A DNA stretch of 62,375 nucleotides, filler included, from Globobulimina sp. (Eukaryota), in NCBI GenBank assembly GCA_003354225.1. It is 38 parts of 38 records of this genome, joined end to end, with 100 filler letters (N's around TTAATTAATTAA, not from the genome) between each part and the next. Parts side by side here need not be neighbours in the genome. Positions count along the whole stretch, not along the records: positions 1 to 1,545 come from PIVH01015015.1; positions 1,646 to 3,190 come from PIVH01015016.1; positions 3,291 to 4,835 come from PIVH01015017.1; positions 4,936 to 6,480 come from PIVH01015018.1; positions 6,581 to 8,125 come from PIVH01015019.1; positions 8,226 to 9,770 come from PIVH01015020.1; positions 9,871 to 11,415 come from PIVH01015021.1; 31 more parts are not named here. The stretch is one strand, 5' to 3'. Below, one piece after another: positions 1 through 9,912 of the stretch. Each line of letters opens with the position of its first letter. Within the stretch, counting starts at the first letter, position 1. Position numbers and translations under genes: made by a program. The notes beneath the pieces were generated by a model that was not told the DNA's origin, searched no databases, and saw only the letters and a list, made by a program, of their open reading frames with translations.

Positions 1-420
1 AAAAAATTGTTTACTCACAGCACATTTGTGAAAGCACAAAAAAAAATTTGGGACCCTCTATTGTCTCCATATTGTATGTCTTCAAAACACTAAGAAATCA
101 ATTCCCCCCCTTAACGTCTAACGTGGAGGCTAAGATATTACTTTCTTGTTTTATTCTATTCCTTGTATATAACTGCTGCTGCCTCAAAAGGTAGTACTTC
201 GTTCCTCGAACCTGCATATGCAGAAGAGAACGAAAATGCATACTTAAAAGTCATAAATAATTATATTAAAACTAAACATAAATCTATATTGATCACCATT
301 AGAATTTTCCACATATTGATAACTAAAACTACCCTATATTCTATTTATAAAATTATGTATATACTAATTAATATTAATTTATATAAACTGTATACAGAAT
401 TAACGCATTCCCGCATCATT

Positions 421-858
421 ATGTTGCCGACAGACTATGATAATAAGCCGAAAGTGGATCATATTAAGAATAATATCCAATCAAAACCGCAACCAATCCA
501 AAGCGATAAGATTATTGATGTAATTGTTACATTACAACAAATCCATTATCAAGGAAGATTAGTCCCGCCTGAAAGGCAAAGAGTATATCATATGATGGAT
601 AAATTAATTATTTCCAAGAAAGGCACTATAACTGCCTCCTTCACAGAAGAGGTCACTGCACCAAATGAACAGCCAAGATGGTTAAATCCGGTCGCAACGT
701 ATCAGATTAATACAATTTGTATGAATAATGTGAATTTTTATGCACCAGACTGGAAGCTATGCCCTGAGGAAAAGAATGATGACTCAGATAATTCGTCGTC
801 TTTTGCCCCAGCTACTCCTCCTTCGCCGTTTAATGCCTTTACAAGCGGATCAGATTAG
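421..858 (+). CDS. Hypothetical protein (~145 aa), intronless
   Basis: ATG at 421 inside ORF 163..858, after an AT-rich non-coding-looking stretch. No recognisable domain. Confidence 0.45.
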   Translation: MLPTDYDNKPKVDHIKNNIQSKPQPIQSDKIIDVIVTLQQIHYQGRLVPPERQRVYHMMDKLIISKKGTITASFTEEVTAPNEQPRWLNPVATYQINTICMNNVNFYAPDWKLCPEEKNDDSDNSSSFAPATPPSPFNAFTSGSD

Positions 859-862
859 AAAT

Positions 863-915
863 ATTAAAAAAACTGGTGCCTGCGTAAAATATGTAATTAA
901 AAAAACTGGTGCCTG
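863..915. repeat. 20-bp direct repeat ATTAAAAAAACTGGTGCCTG x2
   Basis: Exact copies at 863-882 and 896-915, between two ORFs. Confidence 0.9.
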
Positions 916-963
916 GGATTTTCGATATGATAAAATTAATTTAAAACAGATTGCGATCGATTT

Positions 964-1545
964 AATGGACTATAGAGAGGTCTGGAAATTAGAGAATTTA
1001 AGCAGTATCAGCAACGTTTATGTCACAGCAAATTCATTAAATATATACTGCCCGGTCAGCGTATTTATGAATGTAATCATTGGAAAACATCCAAATTATG
1101 CAAAAGCGATTAAAATTGTATATAAAAACACCAATACAGATCACCCAATTCATCGTTTAGTCATTCATGAGTTAATTCCGTCGACGGTGGTAATTAAAAA
1201 TAAAACAATGTTGCATTTGGATCCTATTATTGGCTCCAATACAGAGTCAACATTAATGGATTTAAAATGGGATATCCCTTTTCCGCGATATCTACATAAT
1301 GAGATTGAGATTTATTACATTAAGAAACAATTAAAATGGAGACCTTTCAATATGTGCATGTTTAATGTCCCTCTAAGTATCTTAAATAATAATTCATTAA
1401 ATGATATATTAACAAATAAAATCAAAGCAAATGTGCAATCGACATTTATTTTGTATACAATTGAAAAAGCGATGCAATTCGAATATGATGTGACCAAAAT
1501 CGACTATAAACCACTGTTGATTTATTTAATTAAGCCGTATGAGAT
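964..1545 (+). CDS. Hypothetical protein, 3'-partial
   Basis: MDYREVWKLE... open to contig end. No recognised domain. Confidence 0.5.
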
Positions 1546-1645
1546 NNNNNNNNNNNNNNNNNNNNNNNNNNNNNNNNNNNNNNNNNNNNTTAATTAATTA
1601 ANNNNNNNNNNNNNNNNNNNNNNNNNNNNNNNNNNNNNNNNNNNN
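1546..1645. other. Artificial contig spacer N44-TTAATTAATTAA-N44 (first of 37 identical spacers)
   Basis: Identical 100-bp block every ~1644 bp. The 12-mer has TAA in all six frames. Contig lengths fall monotonically 1545>1544>1543. Confidence 0.98.
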
Positions 1646-3190
1646 GCTATTAAATTTAAATGCTGATCCAACCATAAGAACACGCCGCGGTGAAACAGCA
1701 GAAAATCTTGCAAAAAAACGTGGGTTTCCAGCAATTGAACAATTGTTGCAATTCGCAAAAATGGGAGCCGGCGCATCGGAGCAAGTTAAAAGCGCAGTAA
1801 AACGTATCTCCACTCAAGATGGCATCATTGGTAATATTGCCGACATATTAAAGCAAAAGAAATATAAAAAAAGCTTAAGCTTAAGCTTAAGCAAAAAACA
1901 ATCACTATTTGTGATATTGGCAGATATTATGTTGCAATTAATTGAAAAGAAAGTAGCATTTAGTGATGATTTATTAAGTTTAGTATGGAAATTAGGTGAC
2001 GAAAAAGACAAAGACAGATTGTGGGAAGCCATTAAGAAGCAATGTGAAGATATATTGCGGCATAAGAATGACAAAGATTGGTATTGGTTACGAGAATATA
2101 TGCTAAAATCATCAATTTGGAATAGAGAAAGGGATGATTCCGTTAAGAAAGTCGTTAAGACGAAGGAAAAGCAGTCAGGTTTGTTGTTTACGAAAGCACA
2201 TCGCACATCGCACAGAGCACTTTAATATTGTTCTGAAAACAGACAATAAAGACAATGCTGGTGGAGATAACCCACCGGTACCTAAACTCCCCCAAAGCGC
2301 TTCGCAGTCAGTTGATGATGATCAAAACAACGCAGCACCGGAGGAAAGCGACGATGATGAAAAAGCAGCTGAAGAAGAGGGTAAATATGGTGTTAAAGAC
2401 ATACTGTATTATGAATTAGATGATTTATGCACTGCTGCGGAGAGTGCTGTCATTGGCAATACAGCTGAAGAAAAGAAAGATGCTGTGGATGACGATGATG
2501 AGAGTAAAACAGAATCGTTTGCCAAATTATTTGCAGACGTTAAGACTAATATAAAAAGTATAAGAAATGCGACCAAAGTGATGGAATCTGACAAATTGCG
2601 TCAAGATGATCCTCGTTATGAAGGATTACAACCAAAATACACGCATTCAGACTTAACAACGCAAGTACATCCAACTGTTGATTTTAGCGCGCATTTTCAT
2701 TATGATATAAATGAATATTTAGCTACATTGGTATTAGCGGCACATAACGTAAACCATAAATTCCAGCATGAAATGAAAGATAAATTTTTAATTAATCCAT
2801 TGACATTTCGTAATGAGGACGAAGGCGTTCGTTTTATGGAAGGTATATATATATATATATTGTATGCGCATATTGTGTTATATTTCAATGTACATACTGT
2901 GTTATTTCAATATATTGTATGTACATACTGTGTTATTTCAATATATTGTATGTACACACTGTGTGTGCTTTTTTTATTTTAGGTCCGGTAAAGAAATTTA
3001 ATCGCTGTCAGGCAAAAGCTGAAACCAAATATCTCGGCGCAAAATATCCGACAAGTGCGCGTGTCATAGATATTGTACGTTGCTCGTTGGTATTTGATAC
3101 AATCGATGGTTTAATAGCTGGCATTCGTAAATTTGATACAACGGTGGCCGCATCACAAATCATTTTGAAGGTTGTTCGAATTAAGAATAT
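1646..3190 (+). CDS. Ankyrin-repeat protein with C-terminal RelA/SpoT-like nucleotidyltransferase domain; partial at both ends; introns 2179-2242 and 2843-2982
   Basis: LLNLNADPTIRTRRGETAENLA is an ankyrin repeat end. Both GT-AG introns join ORFs 1743/2134/2919 in frame (QS-DNK; FME-GPVKK). GPVKKxxRCxAK...ARVIDIVRCSLVF...VVRIKN resembles RelA_SpoT-type motifs. Confidence 0.75.
2889..2973. repeat. 31-bp tandem repeat (~2.5 copies) in intron
   Basis: TGTACATACTGTGTTATTTCAATATATTGTA repeated. Confidence 0.85.
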
Positions 3191-3290
3191 NNNNNNNNNN
3201 NNNNNNNNNNNNNNNNNNNNNNNNNNNNNNNNNNTTAATTAATTAANNNNNNNNNNNNNNNNNNNNNNNNNNNNNNNNNNNNNNNNNNNN

Positions 3291-4132
3291 AACTGTATAT
3301 TCCTAAAAGCAATTCCGTGATCACTCCCATTTACTGAATAGCCCATTTCTTGTTTTTCAAAATCAACTCTCATTTCAATTACATCACCGGCACCCCATTT
3401 AATTCCATATTCTTCACATTCACCTAAATTGTATTTGTGACCATTACCACCATTATATCCATAATCTATCTCATTCCACTCAGCATCAACATTCCTATTT
3501 GATTGGATACCAATGAACATGTACCGGTAACCAATCCTTTCCTTACATGTCAACTTCCATTTATATTTATTTTTATTTTTGCTGCTTGCCTCAATTCCTA
3601 TACTTCCAAATGCATCGCCCCAATAACCATAACCATCGCCTTTGCTTGTAACAGTTTTCCCATTGTTTGAGATTGTAATCAATTTATTCGCGGTTTTGAA
3701 TGTGTCTACAACATTTCTATAGTAATCGCCATAATAATTATAACAAATTTGAATAATGGATATTGGAATGATTTTCTGTTTAATTGTTTTTTCAACTTTT
3801 CGTATGTAGCCAGTAACAATTAAACATTTTTGTTCATAACCCATCAAAGTATGCGATTTAATTATAAGCGATGTATTTATATTTGTATCAGGCATAGTTT
3901 CCTCTTTGTCTTTGTCATTTGCACTGATAACTTGGTCTGATTTTATTGTTTCTTCCTCAGATTGGTTTGCTTGAATTGCTTCGTACTTTTGAGCATCTGG
4001 GATTTGTATATTATTGGTCTCAATGCTATCATCCCTGGCGCATGAACAGCCGACTACAAATGTATCAAAATGTTGAATTATTTCATATGCAAACATACAC
4101 AACACGCATTATATAAAAAACATACTTCCCAT
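3291..4132 (-). CDS. SPRY/B30.2-like protein with N-terminal MGIGCSC acylation motif; intron 4054-4125; 3'-partial
   Basis: ATG GGA A|gtatgt...tttgtag|TC GGC TGT gives MGIGCSC. SPRY-type motifs YKWKL, MFIGI, WGAGDVIEMRVDF, YSVNGSDHGIAF. Confidence 0.8.
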
Positions 4133-4206
4133 GGACAGAAAGAGGTTTTCCGACAAGAATTAAATAAAAAAAAAACTAAAAACAAACTTAAAACATACTT
4201 AAAATA

Positions 4207-4764
4207 ATGGATGCTGAACAGGAATGGATCGCTAGAATAGTCAATTTGGAGAAAAATTTGGACATTCACGATAGAAAGCATCGTCTTAAAAAGTATAAAC
4301 AATGCTTTGTTGGAAGTGCAGCAATTTATGTTATGATTAATCTGAAATTTGCCACAAACTCTGTTGAAGCTGTAAAGTTCGGGAATAAATTGATTGAGTT
4401 AAAAATAATAAAACATGTCTGTGGAAAACATAAATTTAAAAACCAAGATTTATTTTATGAATTCATTCCTGGCTACAATAAACCTAATAAACCTATGAAT
4501 ATCTACGGAGCAATGGATTTATTTAAAGCTTCAAAACAAATCTCTGGTTTAAACATTGATGCTGATGCTGATGAAAAAAGTGAATCGGAACAAAATAAGG
4601 TCAAACAAGACCATTTTGCATTAATTGCAATTGATGAAAACGATGATGTGAAAACTGGTCAAAAAGCAATGAAATCTGTAAAATCAATATCAAAATTGTG
4701 TGGTTCGGAGCATGATGCATTGCATTTATTTCTCTGCAATTGTAAAAATTTTGAGATATGTTGA
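4207..4764 (+). CDS. DEP-domain protein (C-terminus probably chimeric or frameshifted)
   Basis: IHDRKHRLKKYKQCFVGSAAI...EAVKFGNKL...IIKHVCGKHKFKNQDLFYEF is a classic DEP domain. Confidence 0.85.
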   Translation: MDAEQEWIARIVNLEKNLDIHDRKHRLKKYKQCFVGSAAIYVMINLKFATNSVEAVKFGNKLIELKIIKHVCGKHKFKNQDLFYEFIPGYNKPNKPMNIYGAMDLFKASKQISGLNIDADADEKSESEQNKVKQDHFALIAIDENDDVKTGQKAMKSVKSISKLCGSEHDALHLFLCNCKNFEIC

Positions 4765-5592
4765 TATTCCAATTCGCGGCATACAAAATCCCACATTATG
4801 TCCACCCTTTTATACCGCTCTGGTTTTGCGGTCAGNNNNNNNNNNNNNNNNNNNNNNNNNNNNNNNNNNNNNNNNNNNNTTAATTAATTAANNNNNNNNN
4901 NNNNNNNNNNNNNNNNNNNNNNNNNNNNNNNNNNNTGTAGAAAAAATTGTCAGATCAGATGTGTAGAATTTAAATGCGATTTGTAGAATTTCTTTTTTTT
5001 CTTGATCTGATCTGACACCATCGTCGCATTGAAAGAACGCGTTTATGTATAGTTTAGAGAAAAAATTGTCTGGCATCACGAATGACGTAGAACTGAGCAC
5101 GTTCTTTTACAATATGTATTTATGGAAATTAATAAGTTAATAAATAATAATTATTGGTCATGTAATTCACAATTAAACAATAAATGTATTGACAATACAA
5201 TTGGCTCCAAATGAATACTGTGTCACGAAACCTTTTAATATGAAAATAGTATAAAAGTCAGTGTTGTGCAAAAAATAATGATTCGCACTTATATTTTTCA
5301 TCAAATACTTAGGTTTGTCCAACATATATAACTGCATGAAATTGTTTTTGTATTGTTTTTGTTTTCAAATGCATGGAGTTATATAACTTGACGACAAAAA
5401 CAATAAGTACGAACCGCTAATGAAACACAAATGTTTGGCTGTTTATAATATGTTTGTTAAACAGTGGATTGTACATCTTTTGAAATTTTGATGCATGCAC
5501 ATATTCTAAAAACGTACTTAAGCCACATATTTTAAAAACGCATTTGTACCTGAATCGAATACAACAACGGACATAATAATTTTATTTATAAT

Positions 5593-5886
5593 TTATTTAT
5601 CATCTTTTTGTTCTTTTTTTTTTGGTTTTTTTTGCTGTTCTTGTTCGTCATCACTGTCTGGCAAAGAATCTACAGTTTGTTGTAGAAACTTCTCAAGATC
5701 GTCCCACATTTCATCAGGAATCCTGATCGCATGTGCAGTTTCTTCAGCAGCGTCATAATCTGCACAGAAGGCACACCAAAATAATCTGTGTTCTGCTGCT
5801 TGAACACCTTTGTTCCATAAATCACCTCTCCCACGGGAATGTAGCCAGTCTTTTAATTTATCTTTAACAAAAGCAGAGAAATCCAT
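5593..5886 (-). CDS. Hypothetical protein or last exon, acidic/basic tail
   Basis: Protein-like ORF. A TGTAG acceptor-like site lies just upstream. Confidence 0.5.
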   Translation of the reverse strand: MDFSAFVKDKLKDWLHSRGRGDLWNKGVQAAEHRLFWCAFCADYDAAEETAHAIRIPDEMWDDLEKFLQQTVDSLPDSDDEQEQQKKPKKKEQKDDK

Positions 5887-6084
5887 TTGGCACTACAGGG
5901 GGTTATGTATCGGGATCACTTGAAGGAAGTTTTTGGGATTTATAAATGTCCACAAGTCTCAATGGTTGAATACAAACATGCTGATATACTCCCTTACACA
6001 GAAACATTGCACACTCAAAGAGATATCCGGTTAACGTAGAAAATGTTTACAAAAAATAATCAACACAAAACAATATTCATTTTT

Positions 6085-6480
6085 TTACATTTCAAATGTC
6101 ATAATATCTTGTCCATTTTGATTTAGTTTAAATGTTAACTTCATTTTGATGGAATCTGGGACGAATTGACTTGTACTTGCACTTAAATCCAATATCCAGC
6201 TCCGTCCAGATTTATTTCGCTCAGCAATAATTTTATATTTTACGTGATGGTTCATATTCATATTCAATTCAATATTATTAAATAATGATTTCATTCCAAT
6301 TGAATATGATTTATATTTTTGCTTAGGACGCGACGTTGTATATATCGTAATATTTCGCACATTTCGGAACATTCTAAGGATCTGAAAATTGGGTACATTT
6401 GCATCACTTTCAGCTTTCCATACCATCTCATTTGATTTATAATTATCTTTCTTCAATGATAACATCACAATCTTTGCCAT
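6085..6480 (-). CDS. C-terminal fragment of hypothetical protein
   Basis: Open from contig edge to TAA. Confidence 0.55.
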   Translation of the reverse strand: MAKIVMLSLKKDNYKSNEMVWKAESDANVPNFQILRMFRNVRNITIYTTSRPKQKYKSYSIGMKSLFNNIELNMNMNHHVKYKIIAERNKSGRSWILDLSASTSQFVPDSIKMKLTFKLNQNGQDIMTFEM

Positions 6481-6580
6481 NNNNNNNNNNNNNNNNNNNN
6501 NNNNNNNNNNNNNNNNNNNNNNNNTTAATTAATTAANNNNNNNNNNNNNNNNNNNNNNNNNNNNNNNNNNNNNNNNNNNN

Positions 6581-6698
6581 CGGCAATTTGCCCTAATTCT
6601 TTAGTTACAAATTCTTTAAGAGTCGGTTTGTTGGAAGATGACGCTCCTTCATTCTCACCAACTGTTTGATCCGCACCGGTACTGATGTGGAACGCCAT
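6581..6698 (-). CDS. N-terminal fragment of hypothetical protein (MAFHISTGADQ...)
   Basis: ATG at 6698, open to contig edge, divergent from 6944. Confidence 0.35.
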
Positions 6699-6943
6699 CA
6701 ACTATATTTAAAACGACAAAACTTAAAAAAAAACTTTCCACTCAAAAACTCACAAAGTAATGAATTAGAGAATGTACAAAAGAGTTAACAGTTTGAACGT
6801 GGAGATATTTATGTCTTTATTAGCAGATAACACAGTTCGTTATAATTTGAAGCAAACACTGAACTGATATGGAATCATATACATAGATAATAATTGATAA
6901 TGTGACCGATTGTGACGTCTTTATTAATTTGCACAATTAACAA

Positions 6944-8125
6944 ATGGCTGATGAAATGAAAAAAGTTGATACGGAAATTTTATCCGAATCACAAGCGGAT
7001 ACTCTTGAAAATGCAGAAATAAATAAGCATGAAATAGAAAACGAAAATGAACAAGTTATTGTAAATACTGATAGCAATCAACTGATTCAATCTGATCATG
7101 AGTCAAATGAATTAAATCAAGAAAATGTAAATATTCAAAATGAATCAGTGTCGCAAAGCAATAATCAAGAACAAGACACCAACAGTCAAACTAACGAAAA
7201 TGTAGAAAATAGCAATAATCAATTTGAACAACGTGACACTGAACAATCACCACAACCACACAAAGAAAGTGACGACACACAACCAGATGGCGAGAAAAAT
7301 GATGATAATGTTGAACAAAATGAAGATATAATGGATGAAGAAATAATTCCAAATACATTTGATGATCTGCAAAATACAAACGATGCGCAAGAAAATCAAA
7401 TAACTGAACCTCAAAACATTATTGACGATGAACCAAAAGAAATAGCTCCAAACGCAATAAATGAAGAAGAAAACATTAACGACATAGAGAATACAGTGAA
7501 TACTGATCACATTCAACAAAATGAAAACGTAATAATCGATACAGAGATAAATGCAACTCCGATAATTCCGATTGAAGAAAAACAAGAGATGATAAATGAT
7601 AGCAATCAAGAAATAATTCCAAATACAATGGATGACATAGAAAATATTGATGGCATAGAAATAATTCCAAATCCTATTGAAGAAAAACAAGAAATAATTC
7701 CAAATCCGGTTGAAGAACAACAAGAAACCATTGATGACACAGAAAATATTGATGACATAGAACATATTGATGACATTGAACAAAATGAAAATATAATTGA
7801 TGAACAAGAAAGCGTTGATAATATACAACAGAATGAAAACGTAATAACGGATCAAGAAATAAACTGTAATCCGATGGAAGAACCAAAAGAAATTATAAAT
7901 GATATCGAAGAGAATGAATTAGAACAACACGAAATCATTGATAATATTCCACACAATGAACACGAAATAATTGAACAAGAAACCAATTCAAATCCGATCC
8001 AACTACAACAACAAAACGAAAACATTGATCAGCAAATAGACAATGACCGCATTGAAACAATTGAAGCAAATCAAGAGCAATATTCATTAAATGATAATGA
8101 AATCGACGCTGTGCAATTTGAAACA
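6944..8125 (+). CDS. Acidic E/N/D/I-rich low-complexity protein with EIIPN repeats, 3'-partial
   Basis: 394 open codons. Repeated EIIPN and EEKQE motifs. Confidence 0.75.
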
Positions 8126-8225
8126 NNNNNNNNNNNNNNNNNNNNNNNNNNNNNNNNNNNNNNNNNNNNTTAATTAATTAANNNNNNNNNNNNNNNNNNN
8201 NNNNNNNNNNNNNNNNNNNNNNNNN

Positions 8226-9661
8226 TCAAACATTGCATTAGGCACTGAAAATGAGGAAATATTTGCTGTTGAATTGGTACGTTAAATACTGTTTACTTTA
8301 GAATAGGACGTGTTTAGAATACCGCGTGTTTAAACAATTTAAAATCCTATGGAGCTTTACATACAGTGCTAGGATAAAGTATACAATTTCAAAAGAAAAG
8401 TGTTCTAAACACGTCCTATTCTAAAGTATTTATATATCATATGTTATATTAATTTATGATTATTTATTAACAGCACAATCATTTATTTGGTGCAGTGGCA
8501 CCTCAAATAATCTACGATGCAGCCAAAAGGAAAGGTGAGTTGCCAGTCAATGTAAAATCATTAAAAGATTTCTTGCCAAAGGTAACAGCACCAGCACAAT
8601 GTGAAGATTTATTAGGTTTTATCTCCATCATTTGGTATTACCTCCCGATAATCGGCGGTGATCGCGTAGCATTAAAAGAATTAGCAATCGATTTTTGTCG
8701 ACAGCAATATGAAAATAAAATCTTTTATTCAGAATCCCGATACACTCCGTTTGAAGTGCTTGGCAAAGCAAATACAAATTTCTCATTGACCTACGACTCT
8801 GTCATGCAAACAATATTAAGTGGATTGGAGGAAGGTTGCGCCAAATATGGCATTCAAATTCGTTCCATATTGTCCGTTTTATGCGAATGGAATGGCGACG
8901 ACGATCAGCGATGCCTAAAAACATTGGAGTTGATGGAAAAATATAAATATGATTGCCAGACCAATCCATGCGGCGTTGTTGGAATTGATATTGCTGGGAA
9001 TGAGGCAGCGCGAGTTAAGAATAATATTATTTTTGATAAAACATTCCAGAATGCTAAAAAAATGGGATTTCATTGTACTGTGCATGCGGGCGAAGCTGCG
9101 GGAGCTGACTCGGTGAGATATGCCATCGATAATATGTGTGCTGAACGCATTGGCCATGGATATAGAACTGTGGAAAATGGTGATATATTATCATTTGTTA
9201 AAGCGAAAATGGTTCATTTTGAATGTTGTCCAACGAGTTCAGTGTGCACCAATGCTGTGAAACAATATAAAAGAAGTGATAAGCAATGGTTTACTCATCC
9301 AATACGGACGTTTATTAAAGAGGGCCTACATTTTTCTGTATCGACTGATGATCCGATGGTGTTTCAAACAGATATGACTGAGGAGATTCAGGTTTGTCGG
9401 AATAAATTGGGAATGAGTTGGAAACAGATTGGACAATGTAATATTATGGGTGCTCAAGCTGCTTTTATTGATGATGTGAAGGAGAAAAAGGAGTTGGTTG
9501 ATACTATTACACGAAGGGTTGATTTATGGGTACAAAAGCAACAGAAAATTACTGATGAGATAGCTGTGCAAAGGGCCAGAAATGGTAACTTTCGAAATGT
9601 TGTTGTTGGAATTGCCTCGCTTGTATCAAGTTATATTTGCTATCGTAGTATGACAATATGA
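8226..9661 (+). CDS. ADA: Adenosine deaminase family protein with hydrophobic C-terminal tail; intron 8277-8473; 5'-partial
   Basis: Splicing gives AVEL|HNHLFG. VVGIDIAGNE, TVHAGE, RIGHG, FECCPTSS and STDDP motifs are intact. Confidence 0.92.
8294..8428. mobile_element. MITE-like element in ADA intron
   Basis: Perfect 26-bp inverted repeats TACTTTAGAATAGGACGTGTTTAGAA at 8294-8319 and 8403-8428, with TA at both ends. Confidence 0.75.
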
Positions 9662-9912
9662 AACTATACAACATTTTGAGAACTATTAATCACAGACAGT
9701 GACAAGACGTATCTGCATCGTATACTTATTTTAATAATTTTAGTAGTCCTACAAACAGAAATTTGCTTACNNNNNNNNNNNNNNNNNNNNNNNNNNNNNN
9801 NNNNNNNNNNNNNNTTAATTAATTAANNNNNNNNNNNNNNNNNNNNNNNNNNNNNNNNNNNNNNNNNNNNACTCAATTGTTACTGTTGAGAATAACGACT
9901 TGATTAGACATC

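Noticed and set aside
125-150. AGATATTAC as a CRESS-virus nonanucleotide origin
   Set aside because: Does not fit NANTATTAC, has no flanking stem, and no Rep motifs appear in nearby ORFs.
1590-1601. TTAATTAATTAA recurring at regular spacing as a CRISPR-like, telomeric or nanochromosome boundary
   Set aside because: Always embedded in exactly 44+44 N. It is an artificial six-frame stop linker.
3416-3481. Diversity-generating retroelement VR/TR pair (with 52646-52711)
   Set aside because: Differences are not adenine-specific in either copy (G/C, T/G, C/T changes), both copies are coding, and the only RT is a non-LTR type on an unrelated contig.
7191-7886. Hydrophobic minus-strand ORFs
   Set aside because: Antisense shadows of the acidic low-complexity gene.
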